A stretch of DNA of 64,000 nt. It comes from Octopus sinensis (taxonomy: Eukaryota). The stretch covers positions 186,062,001-186,126,000 of the forward strand of contig NC_042997.1 of the NCBI RefSeq assembly GCF_006345805.1, in the 5' to 3' direction. The position numbers and the translations under genes are program-made. This document shows positions 40,842-55,720 of this stretch, piece by piece; positions within the stretch are counted from its first letter, which is position 1; each line of letters begins with the position of its first letter. The notes below the pieces were generated by a model that searched no databases, was not told where the DNA came from, and saw nothing but the letters and a program-made list of their open reading frames with translations.

Positions 40842-40959
40842 ATATAGAAGGAGCTTCTACAGGACTAGAACTGTTTCATTCAAGAGAAATCATCAGGAAG
40901 CTTCCTGATGATTTCTCTTGAATGAAACAGTTCTAGTCCTGTAGAAGCTCCTTCTATAT
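40842..40959. ncRNA. Perfect 118-bp palindrome; each strand encodes a type I hammerhead motif
   Basis: AGCTTC-CTGATGA-T-TTC(TCTT)GAA-T-GAA-ACAG(TTCTAGTC)CTGT-A-GAAGCT at 40899-40949 on +, mirrored on -. Confidence 0.7.
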
Positions 40960-41035
40960 GATAAATTAATTTTACTCTGCTATGTATTGAGTACCTTATT
41001 TACTGTGGTTAACCCCGAATCAACCCGGGACCTAC

Positions 41036-41117
<82 letters not shown>

Positions 41118-41122
41118 ATATG

Positions 41123-41158
<36 letters not shown>

Positions 41159-42727
41159 TGTATGTATGTATGTATGCATTTATGTATGTGTGTATGGATG
41201 TGTGTGTGCATATGTGTTAGATAGGTAAATAGATATATCAATATATGTATTTATATATATATATTTATATATGTATGAATGTATCTATGTATGTACGAGC
41301 ATATATTTATAATTATAGGCCTACACAAATGTATACACGCTTACATACAGACATACTTGCATGCATACACACGCGTGCGCAGACATACATACCCACTCTC
41401 ACAAACGCATATAACTCTTTATTGAAACACATAACTTTCATTCGTCAGATGTGTCAATGTACCGAGTGCCATGTACTGGCTTGCTGTACCCACATCAAAA
41501 TGGCGTGTTTTTTCGTAAACTGTGTTTTTCTTACTGAAACCCATCCACATCTTCATTACACAACTACCATGCCACAATATGATAAGAGAAGACAAGATTA
41601 GATAAGACTGTAAATGATAGTTCCTGAGAGCGTCTCATGTTGATAGATGATCTACTGTTTGGAAATTAGAAACTCTTCTAGGGAATGCAGCTCTAAAATG
41701 TATTTAAAAGAGCAGAATAAATGTTTGTGCGTTTTGTCTTGTTTATTTTAGTTTTTCTTGGTTTTTTTCCCGTTGTTTCCTGATATTTTGTTTTGTTTTC
41801 CTCTGTATATTTTGTGTTTATCTTTGGTTTTGAGATGATGTGATTATTTTGTCATTGAATTTATAAGTTTGGTGGTGTCTGTTTTTGTGTGGTTGTTGTA
41901 TGTATACATATATATATGTGTATTTCTGTGTCTGTGTGTTTGTACGTGTGTAAGAGTGCGTGCATGTGGTGAAAAGAATCTGGTTTTTAGTTTTGTAAAC
42001 CCTTTTAAATAATATTCCAAAGTGTGAGGATTGTTGAAAGATTAACAGGTCTTGTAACGACGTATAGGAGTCGACGAAGTTTCTGCGTGGTCATTTGATC
42101 CAATAGAAATAACTGCTAAATGTAAAAAAAGAAATTGAAATTTAAAAATCACACATTCGCCCTTCTTAAAAAAATAAAAGGTACTTTAGATAAGGAAGTT
42201 CAAGATAGATCATGTCTGGAAATAAGGCCGGATGGTTCCAACTAGAATACTTTTGATTGTATGTCTATTCAATCTACTTAACAAGAACAAAACGTCTAAA
42301 AGGAGTTTATGACATTAGCAGGCCCCTTTTTCCTTGTAGTACGACAATAAATCGCTTTCGTGATCTTTATTAAACTGATTTAAAGTAACACAGCATCACC
42401 AGAACTTTTTTTCGGTGGGAACTGTTTATTTTTTATTACTTAATAAATATGCATTCGTATTCGCATTCTTCCTTCAGTCAAACCAATCTTAACTTAAAAC
42501 AGACTTAAGTGCTTCCAAATGTCATTTAGCAGCAATGGTTCGATAAGTCCAGTTATTTAGAGGTATGTAGAGATAAGAGTTAGATGATTTGTTTGAACTA
42601 GGGTTCACTCGAAGCTTCAGAAGCCTTTGACTAGCTGCGAAGAAGAGAAAAGATGTTGCCGGAAATTTATCAGAAGACGCAGAGAAAGCAAGCCATTACA
42701 TTATACCACACACGCTCTCTCTTTCTT

Positions 42728-42779
<52 letters not shown>

Positions 42780-42819
42780 GACAGAAAGAGAGAAGACGAC
42801 GATGACAACGAGTGGTACT

Positions 42820-43245
42820 GCCAGAATGTGCATTAAGGATAATAGAAACATCTAGCTCTGTGATGCAACATCTGATGTTTCTATCCTTAAAATCAAAACT
42901 GCTGACAAATGGTACAAGCGCCACCCTGAGGCTGTAACTGGGGGAAAAAATGTAACTATTCTTTGGGACTTCCCAGTATGTAAACATCGGACCATCAAGG
43001 CAAATAAACCAGATATTGTTGTGAAAGACAAAAGCAATAAAGTCTGTTTATTGATTGACATGAGCATATCCGGTGACCATAATATCTCGGCAAAAGAATT
43101 TCATAAGTTTAGAAAATCTAAAGATCTGCTGATTGAAATCGAAAAGATAAGACAACTCAACACGGATATAATACCAGTAATTGTAGGAACATTCGGAATG
43201 ATCAAAAAAAAGGAACAGAAAATTATTTAAGAATGATCCCTGGCC
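42820..43245 (+). pseudogene. R4/Dong-type RLE endonuclease remnant
   Basis: DKWYKRHPEAV..VTILWDFPV..TIKANKPDIVVKDK..CLLIDMSI.GDHNI..DLLIEIEK..IIPVIVGTFG, containing the PD..D..K restriction-like motif. Confidence 0.85.
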
Positions 43246-43249
43246 ATCT

Positions 43250-43800
43250 TTTTCTTCTCGTTCATCTTCTCCCTTCCTCTTCCTTCTACATATTCATCAT
43301 CATCATCACCTTCTTCATTTTCTTCTTTTTCATCATCATCATCGACTTTTTCTTCTCCTCCACCTCCTCTTCTTCGTCTTCCTAATCATCATCTTTTTCT
43401 TTTCTTCCACCTCCTCCCTTCCTCTTCCTTCTTCTTCTTCTTCTTCTTTTTCTTTTTCTTCTTCTTCACTTTCTTTCTTTTCATCTTCTTTATCTTTTTT
43501 CATCATATTTTTCTTCTTTTTCTTCTTCTTCTTAGTCTTCTTCTTCTTCTTCTTCTTCTTCTTCTCCTTCTTCTTCTCCTTCTCCTTCTTCTTCTTCTTC
43601 TTCTCCTCCTCCTCCTTCTCATCCTTGCCTGTCTACCTTTTCATCCTCCCATTCTTAAACATAATATTGTTAGAGTTATAGGTGATTGGGTTTGTTATTA
43701 TTAAAGTGAGTTTCCCTTAAAGATAAACCTTCAACTTGTTGCTGTTATTGTTGTTGTTGTTCAGGCTATTCTTATTATCACTATTATCGTTATAGCTGCA

Positions 43801-43857
<57 letters not shown>

Positions 43858-43895
43858 CATTATTATTATTATTATTATCATTATTATTATTATTA

Positions 43896-43930
<35 letters not shown>

Positions 43931-44044
43931 ATTATTATTATTATCATTATTATAATTATTGTTATTATCATTATATCACCGTCATCATCATCATCATCAT
44001 TATTATCATTATCATCATCATCATCATCATTATCATCATCATCA

Positions 44045-44076
<32 letters not shown>

Positions 44077-44081
44077 TATTA

Positions 44082-44125
<44 letters not shown>

Positions 44126-44206
44126 GTTATTATCATTATATCACCGTCATCATCATCATCATCATTATTATCATTATTATCATCTTCATCATCATCATCA
44201 TCATCA

Positions 44207-44249
<43 letters not shown>

Positions 44250-44315
44250 CATCATCATCATCATTAATATCATTATTATTATTATTATTATTATCATTAT
44301 TATTATTATTATTAC

Positions 44316-44387
<72 letters not shown>

Positions 44388-44425
44388 ATAATTATTATTA
44401 TTATTATTATTATTATCATCATCAT
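43250..44425. repeat. (CTT)n then (ATT/ATC)n low-complexity block with an internal ~165-bp duplication
   Basis: Direct reading; TTGTTATTATCATTATATCACCGTCATC occurs near 43959 and 44124. Confidence 0.9.
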
Positions 44426-44717
44426 TAATAGCCTTATAACTTAGACGCAATTTCCTATTTCCTATCAACAAAAGAGATTAATTCAAGTTTCTTTTCCTTC
44501 CCGAAAGAAAACGTCCACTTCTGTATTTTGATATTGTTTATGTGTGTGGGGGGGGGGGTATGTTTGTGTGTGTGTATGTGTGTCTAACTGTCTGTCTGTC
44601 TGTGTATTATGTGTATTATCTGTGTGTGTGTACATGTAAACACCCACTCACGCACACATACACGTATATACGCATAAACATCTATCTATCTCTCTCTCGC
44701 TCTCTCTCTCTCTCTCT

Positions 44718-44749
<32 letters not shown>

Positions 44750-45092
44750 TATATATATATTTATATATACATACGTACAAATATATATACACATATACAT
44801 ACATATATAGATATGTTACATATTTTTTATATGCATACATATATACATATATACATATATACATATAAGCATACATAGGATGCTATCATATAATACACAT
44901 TATATGTTTGTCTTATTCGTTATATATGTTTGTAATTCCTATTTCTTCCCTGAAGGTTTTTGTACTTTTTACCTTACTTCTTACTTGTCTTCATAAATAC
45001 ACACATTCGTCATACGTATCCACACGCATCTGGGTGTTTGAATGTGCCTCTATGTGGCTGTGTCTACGTAATATATACCTAAAAACATACAT

Positions 45093-45125
<33 letters not shown>

Positions 45126-45139
45126 CATATATACAAATA

Positions 45140-45175
<36 letters not shown>

Positions 45176-45730
45176 TATATATACATATATACACATATAC
45201 ATACGCACATATTCGCATACTCATATATATATATGTATATATAAATATACGTACATACATATACATATATAAATATATACACATATATATATAGATATAA
45301 ATACATAGACATATATATACAAATATATGCATGCATACATATATACACATATTTATGTATATATATATGTATATATTATATATATATATATGTATATATA
45401 TGTATATTATATATGTATGTATATATATATATATGTGCATGTATGCATGTATGTATGAATGTGTGTATGTATGTATGTAACACACCTAGCACCCACACAC
45501 AGTTTGAGGTATATTCTGTATTGATTTTGTTAAATTAGTTTTAAAGACTAACATCAAAGTAGTACATCATCAATTTCTTTCTTTATCCCTCTTCCTTTTA
45601 TCCTCTATCTTCCTCTTTCTTTCCTCTCTCTCTCTCTCTCTGTTCCTTGTTCTGTTTCTCCTACATATTTCTGTCTTTCTTTCTCTTTTTCTCTCTCTTT
45701 CTTTCTCAATCTGTTTATCTCTCTTTGTCT

Positions 45731-45777
<47 letters not shown>

Positions 45778-46114
45778 ATCCACATTGAATGTTACGCTTC
45801 ACTTCATGCTGTCTGTGTCAAGTGAAGCATAAAGAGTGCACACTTTAGAATTTGTTGATATATAGCCACAGAACCTTTATAATAAATAGCCATAGAAATA
45901 ATTATCAATTATGGACCAATACCAGAAGAACATATAAATATTCATGCATTATATATATATATATATATATAATATATATAATATATAATATATATATATA
46001 TATATGTATATACATATATTTGCATATATATATATCAAAATAACAATATCAAATACATTTATGTATTAAAGGAAAACATAAATAATATATATTATATATA
46101 TATATATATATATC

Positions 46115-46148
<34 letters not shown>

Positions 46149-47292
46149 ATTATAATGAAGCCAATATAAATAATAAAATATTATGAGAACTAAAGTAACA
46201 AAAAAGAACAAAGGTAAACAAATAATTTACAAAATAACTTTTAAAAAAACCAACAGGTAGAAACTTTGCAAAACTATACTCAATGTAGATAATAATTAAG
46301 CACTACTGTACCCAAGGGCAATAGTTTTTTTTTAGGTCAAATTACTGATTGGAGTGATAGAGTATAATGTATTTTGATGTTAATAAGGCAAACAGAAATT
46401 TGCATCTGTTTTACAAAACTCAGTTTGTTTATTTATTTTTATTTTTATTTTTATTTTATTTTATATTTTTTTTTGCAGGAGAAAAACAGCAAACAAAATA
46501 TATTGAATTATTTATAGAATTTCTGAATCATCCCCTCCCCACCTCTCTGTCTCTCTGACTCTCTCTCTTTTTCTCTCTCTCTCTCTGTTCCTCTTTTTCT
46601 CTTTCTCTCTCTCTCTTTCTATTTTACAATCTCTCTGTATGCATACATACAGACAGGCATACTTACATACATACATTCATACATACATACATACATACAT
46701 ACATACATACATACATACATACATACATACATGCATACATACATATATACATACTACATACATATATACATAATACATACATACATACATAATACATACA
46801 TACACTCTCTCTCTCTCTATTTTACTACCTCTCTGTATACATACATACATACATAATACATACATACATACATATATGAATACATATGTGCATACATATT
46901 TACACGCATGCATACATATATACATACAGAGGGAGAGGGAGGAAGATGGAGTGAGAGTGAGAGAGAAAGGGGAATATTGAAAAGACATGTTTGCATAACA
47001 ACCAAAGACAACATTTTTGATCTCTTTTTCCCCTTTGGAACCTCACTGTATCCTTACGAAAAGAGGTGAGCAAACTTGTAAACCATTTCCATAGGTTCCG
47101 TGACCTACAGAAGGAAGTTCTCGACAAAACGGCTCTCTGCTTCGACTGCATGCATCAAGGTGCTAGTTCGGGATCTTAAAAAAGAGCGACAGATAAAATC
47201 TACGACGCAGTGGTTCCTGATCACCTCCAATCATCTTTGCATTACGACTGCTCAACATACACACACAAACACACACACACATGCACGCAGCA

Positions 47293-47326
<34 letters not shown>

Positions 47327-47339
47327 TATATAGATAGAC

Positions 47340-47372
<33 letters not shown>

Positions 47373-47439
47373 TAGATAGATAGATAGATAGAGATAGATA
47401 GATAGAGAGAGGAGGATAGATAGATAGATAAGTAGATAG

Positions 47440-47483
<44 letters not shown>

Positions 47484-47672
47484 GATAGATTAGTATAGTA
47501 TAGTCTAGTAGCTTATTAGACAAAACAATGAATAGGTGAAAAAACGTTATGGGACCCAGCATATGGCATATTAATTATGATATAAAATTAAAGATTCTAG
47601 TCAAACTGGGAAATATTTTATTGACTAATCAAAACAAGCAAAGAAGCCCTCTTGGATTTCATTTAGGAGGAT

Positions 47673-47923
47673 AGGATGAGCTAGGTAGAACGCTAGCACG
47701 CCGGGCTACCATGGCGTAGCCGCATTTCGTTCTGCCGTTCGTTCTGAGTTCAAAAATTCCACCGGGTGTCTACTTTGCTTTCATCCTTCGATGGTCGATG
47801 AGGTCGATTGAATTAAGTACCAGTTACGCACTGGGGGGTTCGATGTAACGACTTAATCCGTTTGTTTGTCCTTGTTTGTCCCCTCTGTGTTTAGCACCTT
47901 GTGGGTAGTAAAGAAATAGGTAT
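47673..47923 (+). mobile_element. SINE family B, tail B1, with many small indels
   Basis: Landmarks present; ends GAAATAGGTAT. Confidence 0.8.
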
Positions 47924-48649
47924 ATGGATATCCAAACTAGGTTTTAAGTACGATTTTTTAAGTACACAGACGTACATGCCAAAGCGCACAACACACACAC
48001 TGAATTATTTTCCACGTGAGTCGAGCCTCACCCTACTGTTCATTCGACTGATCAGTGATCTTTCAAACCGGATTTCAGCATATATATATTCTAGCCAACG
48101 TGTTCGCTCGTTTCTATCGTTATCATTGGTTAATTGCAAAATATCATTTATTAAGATGGGGGTCTTTAATATTGTCATATTAGCACTTTGACTAATCCGT
48201 TGATTGCTTTGTCTCTGAAAATCTATTTCATATTATATCCGGTCCTCTCGATATTGCCGTACACTTACACTGGTTAATTCGTTGGGGTTGATATCTTTTT
48301 GATCATCGTATTATTGTCGCTTTCTTGTCTAATTCGTCTATTTAGTCAATTTTGCTATCATATCTCGTTTTACAAAATATTCATGTTGTTGAATACCATA
48401 TTGACTGTGGTAATTTTTCTTTGATATCACTAAAATTTGTTCTGTTACTTTGTTGTTTTTGATAATTGTATTTACTGTATTTCTAAACTGAGATATATTT
48501 TTATTGGTTAATTCGTTGATTAATTATTTTTCTTTCTCTTTATAAACTGTTATTCTGTGTTGAATGGAACTGCAATGACATCACTGCAGTCTTCGCGTCT
48601 ATTCCGCTTTGAGATACTTACCCTCGTTGCAATATGCAAAAATGTTTTT

Positions 48650-49298
<649 letters not shown>

Positions 49299-49824
49299 CT
49301 AAAACAACTATTCTTACATCGTGTGGAAATAACTGCATTTCTTCTGTTCAGCAACTATATTTTTCTCTCCCTAAATATGCTAATTTCTACGCGATGCTAC
49401 CCGATCATCAGAAACCATAAATTACGATGCATGGAGTGGCTCTGCTTGTTATTAACTGGTTTATAACAATATTAATATTTTTCTCCCATATATTTATGTG
49501 TAGGCAATGATGTTCGTATCTCTCTCTCTGTACTTTCCTCTCGTTCTCTCCCTGTTCTCTCTCTCTCACACTACATTACACCTCAACATGAATTTAACAG
49601 CGGATCAAGCTTATCATATAGCGTGATTGTCTGATAATAAATGTTTCATTTGTTGGCTACCTCAGTATGCTTTTCGTCAATACTGCCTTTTGTAGGTAAT
49701 AACCGCTTATCGGGCATGGATTTGATTCATTAGAATAAAATTTAGTTTTGGCTATGAACTGTACGAGTCTAGAAGCCTGATTATCCATGAGTCTGAAATA
49801 TATACACATATGTATAATATATAT

Positions 49825-50190
49825 AGGCGCAGGAGTGGTTATGTGGTAAGTAGCTTGCTTACCAACCACATAGTTCCAGGTTCAGTCCCACTGCGTGGCA
49901 CCTTGGGCAACTATCTTTTACTATAGCCTCGGGCTGACCAAAGCCTTGTGAGTGGATTTGGTAGACGGGAACTGAAAGAATCCCGTCGTATATATGTATG
50001 TATATACGTATGTGTATATGTGTGTGTGTGTGTCTGTATTTGTCCCACTAAGAACCGATGCTTGTGCGTTTATGTCCCCGTAACTTAGAATAAATACTAG
50101 GCTTACAATAAATAAGTCCTGGGGTTGCTTTGCTCGACTAAAGGCGGTGCTCACCATGGCCACAGTCAAATGACTGAAACAAGTAAAAGA
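49825..50190 (+). mobile_element. SINE family A (duplicated at about 51961-52326)
   Basis: Head TAGGCGCAGGAGTGG through tail GAAACAAGTAAAAGA. Confidence 0.9.
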
Positions 50191-50243
50191 ATATATACAT
50201 ATCTAAATTCCCTTGTCAAAATACGTGTATGTATAATATATAT

Positions 50244-50286
<43 letters not shown>

Positions 50287-50422
50287 TATAATATATATAT
50301 GTCTCGTATATATATATATATATATATATATATAAGTATGTATGTATGTATTATATATATACATATATATATATATTATATATATATATATAATAGTATG
50401 TATATATATATATCTATATATA

Positions 50423-50458
<36 letters not shown>

Positions 50459-51349
50459 TCTATGTATGTATACATATATAAAATACATACATACAAATGC
50501 ATACATAATTCCTAGACCTGTACCCTTGTCAACGCACGTACCTAATGTAAAATTCCTAGACCGAATCTGCGTGACATAGTGTGGCACAAACTGACAAATT
50601 TTGGTATTAGAATGGCTAGAACAATCCAGAACACAAGACAAAGACAAATGAAGTATTATCAATCCCAACAGCGGAGTTGTACTATATTTAACAAATACAA
50701 CGGATAAAGGACTATACTGAGCTCTGTAGGATTTGAAATCAGAGCTGGAATAAATGCCGCTGAGCAAACATGCTGAAGATTCCACCATTTCCCTGCGTTT
50801 AGGTGTAGTACATTCCGCTATAAATTACACAGCCTATACAGAAATCGGGCAGAAGTTCATTAACCTTCATCATTGTCTTTTAGCAGATCGATACAATATG
50901 AATTTCTTGTCAGTTTTCTTGTGATTTTATGCATATTTATTCACTGAGCGATGTTATTATTTCTTTGAACATATATACATAAATTTAAGATGGTTGATCT
51001 GCATAATTGCTGAAAATACTTTACGCTATCAATTTATAACTGTTATGCTGAATTCAAACGCGACCAAGAATGACTTTGCATTTCATTTTCCTGAGGTCGA
51101 TAAATTAGAAACTAATCAAGAGGCGGCGGTGATCGACTAATCGGCTCTGCCATGCATCAGCATTATCATTGGCCTTGTGGTATGATGGTGCGTGTATGTG
51201 TGTGTGTGTGTGAGTGTTCCTACGTATAGTCATGTGGTTGAGAAGTTCGCTTCGCATGCTCGTGGTTTCAGTTTCGTTCATGTGTGCGAAAATTCAATCA
51301 GATGTTTTAGTCTTTGGCCAGTGCTGTGTGTGTGTGAAAACAGGCAGGC

Positions 51350-51449
51350 NNNNNNNNNNNNNNNNNNNNNNNNNNNNNNNNNNNNNNNNNNNNNNNNNNN
51401 NNNNNNNNNNNNNNNNNNNNNNNNNNNNNNNNNNNNNNNNNNNNNNNNN
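51350..51449. other. Assembly gap of 100 N
   Basis: Direct reading. Confidence 1.
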
Positions 51450-52379
51450 CTTACATCGTGTGGAAATAACTGCATTTCTTCTGTTCAGCAACTATATTTT
51501 TCTCTCCCTAAATATGCTAATTTCTACGCGATGCTACCCGATCATCAGAAACCATAAATTACGATGCATGGAGTGGCTCTGCTTGTTATTAACTGGTTTA
51601 TAACAATATTAATATTTTTCTCCCATATATTTATGTGTAGGCAATGATGTTCGTATCTCTCTCTCTTTACTTTCCTCTCGTTCTCTCCCTGTCTCTCTCT
51701 CTCTCACATAATACACCCTCAACATGAATTTATACAGCGGATCAAGCTTATCATATAGCGTGATTGTCTGATAATAAATGTTTCATTTGTTGGCTACCTC
51801 AGTATGCTTTTCGTCAATACTGCCTTTTGTAGGTAATAACCGCTTATCGGGCATGGATTTGATTCATTAGAATAAAATTTAGTTTTGGCTATGAACTGTA
51901 CGAGTCTAGAAGCCTGATTATCCATGAGTCTGAAATATATACACATATGTAAATATATATAGGGCAGGAGTGGTTATGTGGTAAGTAGCTTGCTTACCAA
52001 CCACATAGTTCCAGGTTCAGTCCCACTGCGTGGCACCTTGGGCAACTATCTTTTACTATAGCCTCGGGCTGACCAAAGCCTTGTGAGTGGATTTGGTAGA
52101 CGGGAACTGAAAGAATCCCGTCGTATATATGTATGTATATACGTATGTGTATATGTGTGTGTGTGTGTCTGTATTTGTCCCACTAAGAACCGATGCTTGT
52201 GCGTTTATGTCCCCGTAACTTAGAATAAATACTAGGCTTACAATAAATAAGTCCTGGGGTTGCTTTGCTCGACTAAAGGCGGTGCTTCACCATGGCCACA
52301 GTCAAATGACTGAAACAAGTAAAAGAATATATACATATCTAAATTCCCTTGTCAAAATACGTGTATGTATAATATATAT

Positions 52380-52422
<43 letters not shown>

Positions 52423-52558
52423 TATAATATATATATGTCTCGTATATATATATATATATATATATATATAAGTATGTATGTATGTATTATATATATACAT
52501 ATATATATATATTATATATATATATATAATAGTATGTATATATATATATCTATATATA

Positions 52559-52594
<36 letters not shown>

Positions 52595-53522
52595 TCTATG
52601 TATGTATACATATATAAAATACATACATACAAATGCATACATAATTCTAGACCTGTACCCTTGTCAAGCAACGTGACCTAATGTAAAATTCCTAGACCGA
52701 ATCTGCGTGACATAGACATAGTGTGGCACAACTGACAAATTTTGGTATTAGAATGGCTAGAACAATCCAGAACACAAGACAAAGACAAATGAAGTATTAT
52801 CAATCCCAACAGCGGAGTTGTACTATATTTAACAAATACAACGGATAAAGGACTATACTGAGCTCTGTAGGATTTGAAATCAGAGCTGGAATAAATGCCG
52901 CTGAGCAAACATGCTGAAGATTCCACCATTTCCCTGCGTTTAGGTGTAGTACATTCCGCTATAAATTACACAGCCTATACAGAAATCGGGCAGAAGTTCA
53001 TTAACCTTCATCATTGTCTTTTAGCAGATCGATACAATATGAATTTCTTGTCAGTTTTCTTGTGATTTTATGCATATTTATTCACTGAGCGATGTTATTA
53101 TTTCTTTGAACATATATACATAAATTTAAGATGGTTGATCTGCATAATTGCTGAAAATACTTTACGCTATCAATTTATAACTGTTATGCTCTGAATTCAA
53201 ACGCGACCAAGAATGACTTTGCATTTCATTTTCCTGAGGTCGATAAATTAGAAACTAATCAAGAGGCGGTGATCGACTAATCGGCTCTGCCATGCCTCAG
53301 CATTATCATTGGCCTTGTTTGTTATGATGGTGCGTGTATGTGTGTGTGTGTGTGTGAGTGTTCCTACGTATAGTCATGTGGTTGAGAAGTTCGCTTCGCA
53401 TGCTCGTGGTTTCAGTTCGTTCATGTGGTGCGAAAATTCAATCAGATGTTTTAGTCTTTGGCCAGTGCTGTGTGTGTGAAAATAGGCAGGCAGGAACTTG
53501 CAGAAGCACATACGCACGCGCG

Positions 53523-53565
<43 letters not shown>

Positions 53566-54081
53566 CACACACACACACACACTCACACACAGAGGATCTT
53601 TTCGCTTTGACCGGCAGAATTTTAAAATAATTTCTTTGTAACTAAACACTTTTAAACTTCGTATACTGGTAGAATGTGTTACATAAAAACATCTTTTCCT
53701 TTGGTTTCTGGGGGAAAAATCCTGTAATTTGTAAGCTATGTGGTGTTTAATTTCTTGCATTTTCGGCATTTTCAACCAATCAATGACGTCTATTGAGGTG
53801 AATACAATTTCTTCCAGTTCTTTGTCAACAACATTTTCTGGCAGGTCACATCAATTTGTCACTGTATTTATGACATATTTCATATCAGTTACGTGTTGAA
53901 TACAAAAAAAAGATTATCGTTATTAAACTTTTATTAATAAACACATATTCTAAGTTCACAAATATGCAGTTTTAATTTTCCTTTCTGTTGCACAGATACA
54001 CACATTACATATTATATATTCGTTTAAGAAACAGATTGAGTTTATTTACATTTCTGAAAAAAAAAATACCCTTCCCCCCAC

Positions 54082-54135
54082 CCCTAACCCTAACTTTAAC
54101 CCTAACCCTAACTCTAACCCTAACCCTAACCCTAA
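54082..54135. repeat. Degenerate interstitial telomere-type (CCCTAA)n
   Basis: About 9 units including CTTTAA and CTCTAA variants. Confidence 0.9.
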
Positions 54136-54712
54136 AACAGATTGAAATGCAATAGATCGATACAAGGGTCATAATTATGTGTGGACACTAAAGAGGGAAT
54201 GGTTTTGTTATCCAGCTCTGTTTGCGAGTGACCCCCATTATATGGCCACAGGGTATCTTTTTCTCATAAATAACAGTGGGACTGAAACCGGAACCATGTG
54301 ATTTGGGAAGCAAGCTTCTTACCACACAGCCACTCCCGCGCTTTTTCCATCGTTGAACGTAGTTGAACATTTAGTTGACAAACACTTAGTCTGGCCCGTA
54401 TTTATGAGTTCTCTGTAAATTTTCAGAGACATTGTTTATTAGATATTTCTGTATCGGTAGAGCAAGCGTTTTATTTGTACCTCGTGTCATTCACTTGTTT
54501 TACTTTCTATATTAACAGTTTACGAGACACAATGACATACATATTATTATTTTGTCTTAGAAACATATAAATAGGTAGTGATCGTAATAATGCGGGAAAG
54601 TAAAATAGCGAAAATATTAGTAACCCTGCAGTTAAATTTTATTATTTTGTTCTAAAGATCTTGTAACCGCGTTCAAATCCTTCAATAATTAATTTAAAAT
54701 AGATGAGTTACA

Positions 54713-55004
54713 CAAAACCTTGTGAATGGATTTGGTAGATGGAAACTGAAAGAAGCCCGTCGTATATATGTATATGTATATATATGTGTGTGTATTTGTG
54801 TGTCTGTGTTTGTCCCCCCATCATCGCTTGACAACCGATGCTGGTGTGTTTACGTTCCCGTTAGTTAGCGGTTCAGCAAAAGAGACCGATAGAATAAGTA
54901 CTAGGATTGCAAAGAATAAGTCCTGGGGTTGATTTGCTTAACTAAAAGCGGTGCTCCAGCATGGCCTCATTCAAATGACTGGAACAAGTAAAAGAGTAAA
55001 AGAG
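54713..55004 (+). mobile_element. SINE family A lacking its head
   Basis: Body and tail landmarks present. Confidence 0.85.
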
Positions 55005-55126
55005 TACATATAAAAAAAAAAGCTTAACCATTTTTAATTACATATAAGAAAAAATAATGTAGATCTAAGGAGCAAAGTAAGTAGCTCTAAAATCTCTAAA
55101 CTAGATATAGGTAGTAACAATACTAG

Positions 55127-55245
55127 ACGGTAACTCTTTTCTTTTGCCACTATAACATGGCTGTGCTATAAAGAACTATGTTACGACATTTTAACCCTAG
55201 GAAAACGTCTTTTCTATGTTATAGTGGCATAAAAAACGTTACCGT
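55127..55245. mobile_element. MITE-like element with imperfect ~30-bp terminal inverted repeats
   Basis: ACGGTAAC..TGCCACTATAACAT on the left; ATGTTATAGTGGCA..GTTACCGT on the right. Confidence 0.55.
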
Positions 55246-55341
55246 AATGTAGACCTGTTTTTTTTTATGATCAAACATGATCAAAATTTGTCCACATGTG
55301 GCCATCACGTCTTTTACTGTTGACTACATTTATTCAGTACT

Positions 55342-55720
55342 GGATGCGCAATGGCCCAGTGGTTAGGGCAGTGGACTTACGGTCGTAGGATAGCGGTTTT
55401 GATTCCCAGGCCGGTCGTTGTGAGTGTTTATTGAGTGAAAACACCTAAAGTTCCACAAGGCTCCGGCAGGGGATGGTGACGAACCCTGCGGGACTCTTTC
55501 ACCACAACTTTCTCTCATTCTTTCTTCCTGCTTCTGTTGTACCAGTATTTCAAAGGGCCAGCCTTGTCACACTCTGTGTCATGCTGAATCTCCCTGAGAA
55601 CTACGTTAAGCATACACGTGTCTGTGGAGTGCTCAGCCACTTGCGCGTTAATTTCACGAGCAGTCTGTTAAGTTGCTCGAATCAACTGGAACCCTCGTCG
55701 TCGTAAGCGACGGAGTGCCA
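55342..55720 (+). mobile_element. SINE family C, tail type 1
   Basis: Colinear with 2143-2523. Confidence 0.85.

Larger units (their letters stand above)
49313..53491. repeat. ~2.04-kb direct duplication across the gap (49313-51349 vs 51450-53491), probably an assembly overlap
   Basis: The post-gap sequence restarts at CTTACATCGTGTGGAAATAAC; the copies differ mainly by small indels. Confidence 0.85.

Noticed and set aside
50164-50190. AGTC(AAAT)GACT-GAAAC-AA-GTA in the family A tail looks like the 3' half of a hammerhead
   Set aside because: No CUGANGA upstream and no stem I partner; better explained as an ordinary tail stem-loop.
51192-51603. ORFs spanning the N run
   Set aside because: Artefacts of translating through the assembly gap.
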